Assembly (NCBI RefSeq): GCF_965237495.1
Contig: NZ_OZ250143.1
Location: forward strand, 298,734 to 362,733
Source: Candidatus Palauibacter sp.
GTDB taxonomy: Bacteria; Gemmatimonadota; Gemmatimonadetes; Palauibacterales; Palauibacteraceae
Direction: 5' to 3'
DNA: 64,000 nt
Below, piece by piece: positions 60,901-64,000 of this stretch. How positions within the stretch are numbered: position 1 is the stretch's first letter; every line of letters starts with the position of its first letter. Position numbers and translations under genes: made by a program. Below the pieces are notes generated by a model, which worked only from the letters and a program-made list of their open reading frames with translations, searched no databases and was not told where the DNA came from.

Positions 60901-62718
60901 GGCATCTGGGCCACCCGCTGGTACCTCGGCGCTACGTACAAGGGCGCGTTCGGCGGCTCGGCAGCCAGCCTTGTCGGCCGCGTTTTGGGGTTGACGAAGG
61001 ACGGTGCCTACCGCGTGACCGCGTTCTCGGAGGACAACTCCAGTCCCGGGAACAGGACTCGGGTCAACTACAGCTTCACGCTGGACACCAAGGCACCCAC
61101 CTTCGCGGTCAGCAAGAGCCAGTCGAACATCGGCAATACGCACGCCACGACGGTCATCGTAAGCGTGGGCGGAACGATCTCCGACGCGAACGGCATCGAG
61201 GCGGCGGAACTCAGCATCCGGTCTCCGGCGGCTGGCGTCTGCCCGACGAGTGCCGACGACGAGCTCAATCTTCCCGCGCGCCGCGTGACGGGGAACAAGC
61301 GGGATCTGTCGGACGACGGTTCGAAGGCGGTCACGTTCGACGAGACCTTCACCGTCAAGGCTCCGTCCGCCGGCGACATTTCCGGTGCCGGTCCGTTCCT
61401 GGAGGAAGCTCTCTGCTTCTACCTCTACACGGAGGATGTCGCGACGGATGAGGAGGGCGACGGTCCCGGGAACCGGGCGGAGTATGATGTCGGGTCGTTC
61501 ACCGTGAATTGGAGCAAGCCTGGCCCGGTCCACCGCCTCGGTGCCGTCCATGTCGTTGAAGACAACAACATGGACGACAGCCTGTCGACGAGCGTCATCG
61601 ACGAAGACAACCCGTTGACGCCGACGGAGGGCGGCGACGCCAAGTTCGCGATCCAGCTGACTTCGGTGCCGAGACGCGACGTGACGGTCAGCTTCAGCGC
61701 TCCGGCGACCGTGGAGGTCAGTCCCGCCTCGGTCACGATCGCGAGCGGCACCACGACGTCGACGTTCATCACCGTAACGGCGGGCCACGACCGGAATGTG
61801 GTCTCGGAGGAGGCCGTGATCACGGCCTCCGCCACGTCGATCGAGCCGAGATACAGCGGCGCGACGGGCGCGGTCAATGTCACGACCGCCGACGACGACT
61901 TCGGGTTGACGGCGACACCGTCGTCCGTGACGGAGAACACGCCCTTCGCCACCGGGACCGCACGGCTGGTCACGATCCGTGTGCAAGCGCCCAAGGGTGG
62001 GGATACCAACACCGACCCGGTCATGCTCGGTGTGTCGGATGCGGGCTATACGTTCAGGACCGCGACCGTGTCGGCGACTGGTGTGGCGACGCCGTACACC
62101 GGGACAGAGGGGGCCATCACGGAGGTCACCCCGGACTCGGTGGTTGCGACGCCGGGCCGGTCGCGGGCCTACGCGTGGCTCTCCGCTGACGACGACACCG
62201 CCGACGAAGATCCCCAGTTGATCCAGATCGGCGCGACGCCGGAAACTGAAGAGGCGCGGATCGAGCCCGTCATGATCACGATCGTGGACGCCGATCCGGA
62301 TGTCACCCTCTCGATCGACGCGGTCGACGAGGGCGCGGACGAGGTCACGATGACGATCACGGCCACGGCCGCCGGCGGGATGCCGGGCATCTTCGTTATC
62401 CCGGCCGCCCGCTGGGCGCTGGTAGAGGACGAGGACCAGGAGACACCAACCCTCGAGAGCCTCGGCTATGCCGTTGTGGCGTCCGGGTCGCTGACGATCG
62501 ACCGTAACCAGACGTCGGGAACGGTGACCGTGACGGTGTCCGTGCCCGAGGACGCCGACAAGGAGGACGGGATGTTCAAGGTCGCCGTTTCAGATGCCGG
62601 AGGGGCGACTGCTCAGGTCGTTGCGCTGAGCGGCGTCAGCGGCGTCAACGTCTCCGTCGGCCAGCTCGAGGTCACGGTTACGGACAACGACAAGGGCGAC
62701 GGGAACGGAGGAGGCTGA
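57946..62718 (+). CDS. Giant surface lipoprotein, copy C (paralog of 36807-41561)
   Basis: Near-identical to copy A over about the first 1050 aa; diverged C-terminus. Confidence 0.88.
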   Translation: MKKVTKGLLTTGVIALIIGACGDTVEVITPEPPPPPPPPPPIVFPPPPPPPPPPPPPPNRAPVAVGSIPAIAVDAGASASLDVAGYFSDADGDALTFSAGSSNDAAATVSMDGSSATITGVADGTAAVTFTARDPDGAAAAQNVSVTVGDGVAGNRPPTAVNTIPAYSVDVGGAVQVNLAPYFSDADGDDLTYAAASSNEDAATTSVDGAVTTISGVADGMAVVTVTASDPDGASASQTISVTVGDGDSSNTPPVAQGTIPDHTVAAGGTLNVDVTGYFSDADGDELTYMASSSNADVATATNDGATVTISGVGGGRAVITVTASDGEATVAQGFSVTVEAAPVNSAPSAVGTIPSHSVGVGGTVTVDAAGYFSDADGDELSYTVASSNADVATASADGSTVTISGVAAGSAVITVTASDGEASAVQGFGVAVEAAPTNSAPTAVGTIPAHSINLGGTATVDVAGYFSDADGDELSYSGSSSSPEVATISMEGSTATITAVAVGGAVVTVTASDGSASASQGFNVSVSDPSGKAATVAIFGLRSVTDRSTAVDPTNVSGDVTVLLDVQPNDDTIAGIALTLGEEVIHCRGTSSDQGGFIAAASGQLEVECLFKTASVMGECAGAQLAPLYANGDHTLGARVTTADGETREAIVTQPITLKNSGFVMVEHSAGSKSAVVSGVTYHGGPVDEDDDSNQNTFHACPVSYDGTTVGELSLTTMLTGPDAAAIDSTVADSTRGATLVITKEKGAFTWNVAPAKNTGVEDRAGKDEHWVINSGDIKDDGDLLVTSKFRGEEEARVGPLYFDFKTPTWTHDPDEDTPREILVKTSATRPAASVGATYYNSGALSVRGLTDGGVGKAGATIAVGDCGLEANSDSLKSTAFMPAAGLEAVSNMAELPEEDRTKDFADDKGLNCYTAEVTGIADGLGNEATLPGTPIGTAAYFGVDKGAPVVTDVEPDAPAVLKRTSILSFETEDPDLATGESGSGIWATRWYLGATYKGAFGGSAASLVGRVLGLTKDGAYRVTAFSEDNSSPGNRTRVNYSFTLDTKAPTFAVSKSQSNIGNTHATTVIVSVGGTISDANGIEAAELSIRSPAAGVCPTSADDELNLPARRVTGNKRDLSDDGSKAVTFDETFTVKAPSAGDISGAGPFLEEALCFYLYTEDVATDEEGDGPGNRAEYDVGSFTVNWSKPGPVHRLGAVHVVEDNNMDDSLSTSVIDEDNPLTPTEGGDAKFAIQLTSVPRRDVTVSFSAPATVEVSPASVTIASGTTTSTFITVTAGHDRNVVSEEAVITASATSIEPRYSGATGAVNVTTADDDFGLTATPSSVTENTPFATGTARLVTIRVQAPKGGDTNTDPVMLGVSDAGYTFRTATVSATGVATPYTGTEGAITEVTPDSVVATPGRSRAYAWLSADDDTADEDPQLIQIGATPETEEARIEPVMITIVDADPDVTLSIDAVDEGADEVTMTITATAAGGMPGIFVIPAARWALVEDEDQETPTLESLGYAVVASGSLTIDRNQTSGTVTVTVSVPEDADKEDGMFKVAVSDAGGATAQVVALSGVSGVNVSVGQLEVTVTDNDKGDGNGGG

Positions 62719-62760
62719 TGATCGGTTGGCCATGAAGGCCACCGTTTCCCGAGTAGCACG

Positions 62761-62796
62761 GAAAGGGCCCCGCGAGTTCGCGGGGCCCTTTCTTTT
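62761..62796 (+). terminator. Rho-independent terminator (copy 3)
   Basis: GAAAGGGCCCCGCGA-GT-TCGCGGGGCCCTTTC followed by TTTT. Confidence 0.9.
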
Positions 62797-62854
62797 GTGC
62801 CTTGCAGTCTCTTCTGACGGAATCCGCTACATTCGGTAGCCGAGAGGGCCAACC

Positions 62855-64000
62855 GTGCCGGAACGCGGATCCTCTTCGACCGCCCGGATTGTTGCCGGCG
62901 GGCTCCTGGCTCTCGCCGCCGCATGGGCGATGGCCTGCTCGGAGGCGGGTACCGGGCCGGAACCAGGGCCTCCACCCCCGCCCCCGCCCCCGAACCGGCC
63001 GCCGGCGGCGGCCGGCGCGATTCCCGGCCAGGAGGTCGCGGTCGGGGACTCACTCCACTTCACGGTTTCATCCTACTTCACCGATCCCGATGGGGATGCG
63101 CTGACGTACGACGCCGGTTCCTCGAATCCGGGCGTGGCGACGGCCGCGGCCGCGATAGATCTGGTGACGCTGGCGGCGGTCGCCCGGGGTGCGGCGACGA
63201 TCACGGTGACGGCCACCGACCCTGACGGCCTCGAGGCGTCCCAGCGCTTCGAGGTAACGGTCCCGAACCGGGGCCTGCGGACGATCGCGCCGCTTCCGGA
63301 GCTGGAACTGGCGCTTGGGGACGAGGCGACGGTGGACGTGTCCTCCCACTTCACGGATCCGGATGGGGACGCGCTCACCTACGGTGCCGCGTCGTCCGAC
63401 CCCGCCGTGGCCGCGGTGGCACCGGTCGGTAGCGCGGTGACGGTGCGGGCGCTGTCCCGAGGCAGGGCGACGATTACCGTGACGGCCGTCGATCCGGACG
63501 GCCTGGAGGCCACGCTGGAGTTCGAGGTCACGGTGCCCAACAGCGGGCCGGAGCCCTCCGGAACGCTTCCCGACCTGGAACTGGCGCTCGGGCGGGAGGC
63601 GACGGTAGACGTGTCGTCCCATTTCACGGATCCGGATGGGGATGCGCTCACCTACAGTGCCGCGTCGTCCGACCCCGCTGTGTCCGCGGCGGCGGATACC
63701 GCCGGGAGCGCCGTACGGGTGCGGGCGCTGTCGCGGGGCACGGCCACGATCACGGTCACGGCCTCGGATCCGGGCGGCGTCGAGGCAAGCCTTGGGTTCG
63801 AGGTCACGGTGCCCAACAGCGGGCCGGAGGCCTCCGGAACGCTTCCCGATCTGGAACTGGGGCTGGGAGACACGGCCACCGTGTACGTGGCTTCCCGCTT
63901 CGCGGATCCCGACGGGGACGCGCTCACCTACGGCGCCGAGTCGTCGGACCCCGCCGTGGCCGCGGTGGATGCCTCCGGGAGCGACGTGACGGTACGGGCG
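62855..64000 (+). CDS. Ig/cadherin-repeat lipoprotein, paralog of the 56280 gene (3' truncated by window)
   Basis: GTG start MPERGSSSTARIVAGGLLALAAAWAMAC, at least four F.DPDGDALTY repeats, open to the window end. Confidence 0.82.
   Translation, partial: MPERGSSSTARIVAGGLLALAAAWAMACSEAGTGPEPGPPPPPPPPNRPPAAAGAIPGQEVAVGDSLHFTVSSYFTDPDGDALTYDAGSSNPGVATAAAAIDLVTLAAVARGAATITVTATDPDGLEASQRFEVTVPNRGLRTIAPLPELELALGDEATVDVSSHFTDPDGDALTYGAASSDPAVAAVAPVGSAVTVRALSRGRATITVTAVDPDGLEATLEFEVTVPNSGPEPSGTLPDLELALGREATVDVSSHFTDPDGDALTYSAASSDPAVSAAADTAGSAVRVRALSRGTATITVTASDPGGVEASLGFEVTVPNSGPEASGTLPDLELGLGDTATVYVASRFADPDGDALTYGAESSDPAVAAVDASGSDVTVRA

Noticed and set aside
36807-62718. Diversity-generating retroelement behind the variable C-termini
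   Set aside because: No reverse transcriptase in the window; the differences are indels and block swaps, not adenine-specific substitutions
41603-62796. Repeated hairpin as a CRISPR repeat or REP/MITE
   Set aside because: Each copy follows a paralog's stop codon and has a T tract; copies are kilobases apart with no spacers or cas genes, so it is a duplicated terminator

Overview
High-GC (roughly 70%) bacterial chromosome segment. Gene order and content suggest a Gemmatimonadota genome, and the surface-protein repertoire suggests a sponge or invertebrate symbiont such as a Ca. Palauibacter-like organism (inference, not verified). Positions 1-25.1 kb form a tightly coupled housekeeping superoperon: ddl (partial), rhomboid, EF-G2, yebC, ruvCAB, queA, tgt, yajC, def, fmt, thiE-thiS-thiG, rsmB, PASTA protein, cdaR-like, tsaD, lgt, tamA/bamA, tamB and a DAGK-family kinase. 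Positions 25.1-36.5 kb hold a DUF222-HNH gene with a structured leader, a peptidoglycan-salvage cluster (namZ, a GH3/serine-hydrolase fusion, an SSS transporter), two small paralogous coiled-coil ORFs and uvrA. Positions 36.8-64 kb are an accessory island of large lipoproteins (cadherin/Ig-like repeats, LRR+metalloprotease, RCC1, leishmanolysin-like) with IS debris. The main signals are: (1) a ~760-bp internally deleted IS110 with intact ends, a TCC core at both ends, a reconstructable junction promoter and a readable bridge-RNA-like guide region; (2) giant lipoprotein paralogs with near-identical N-termini and mosaic, hypervariable C-termini, plus an orphan C-terminal cassette; (3) the palindrome CGTTCCCGCGGGAACG, present three times, twice at the DUF222-HNH locus. 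No rRNA, tRNA, CRISPR array or reverse transcriptase was seen.
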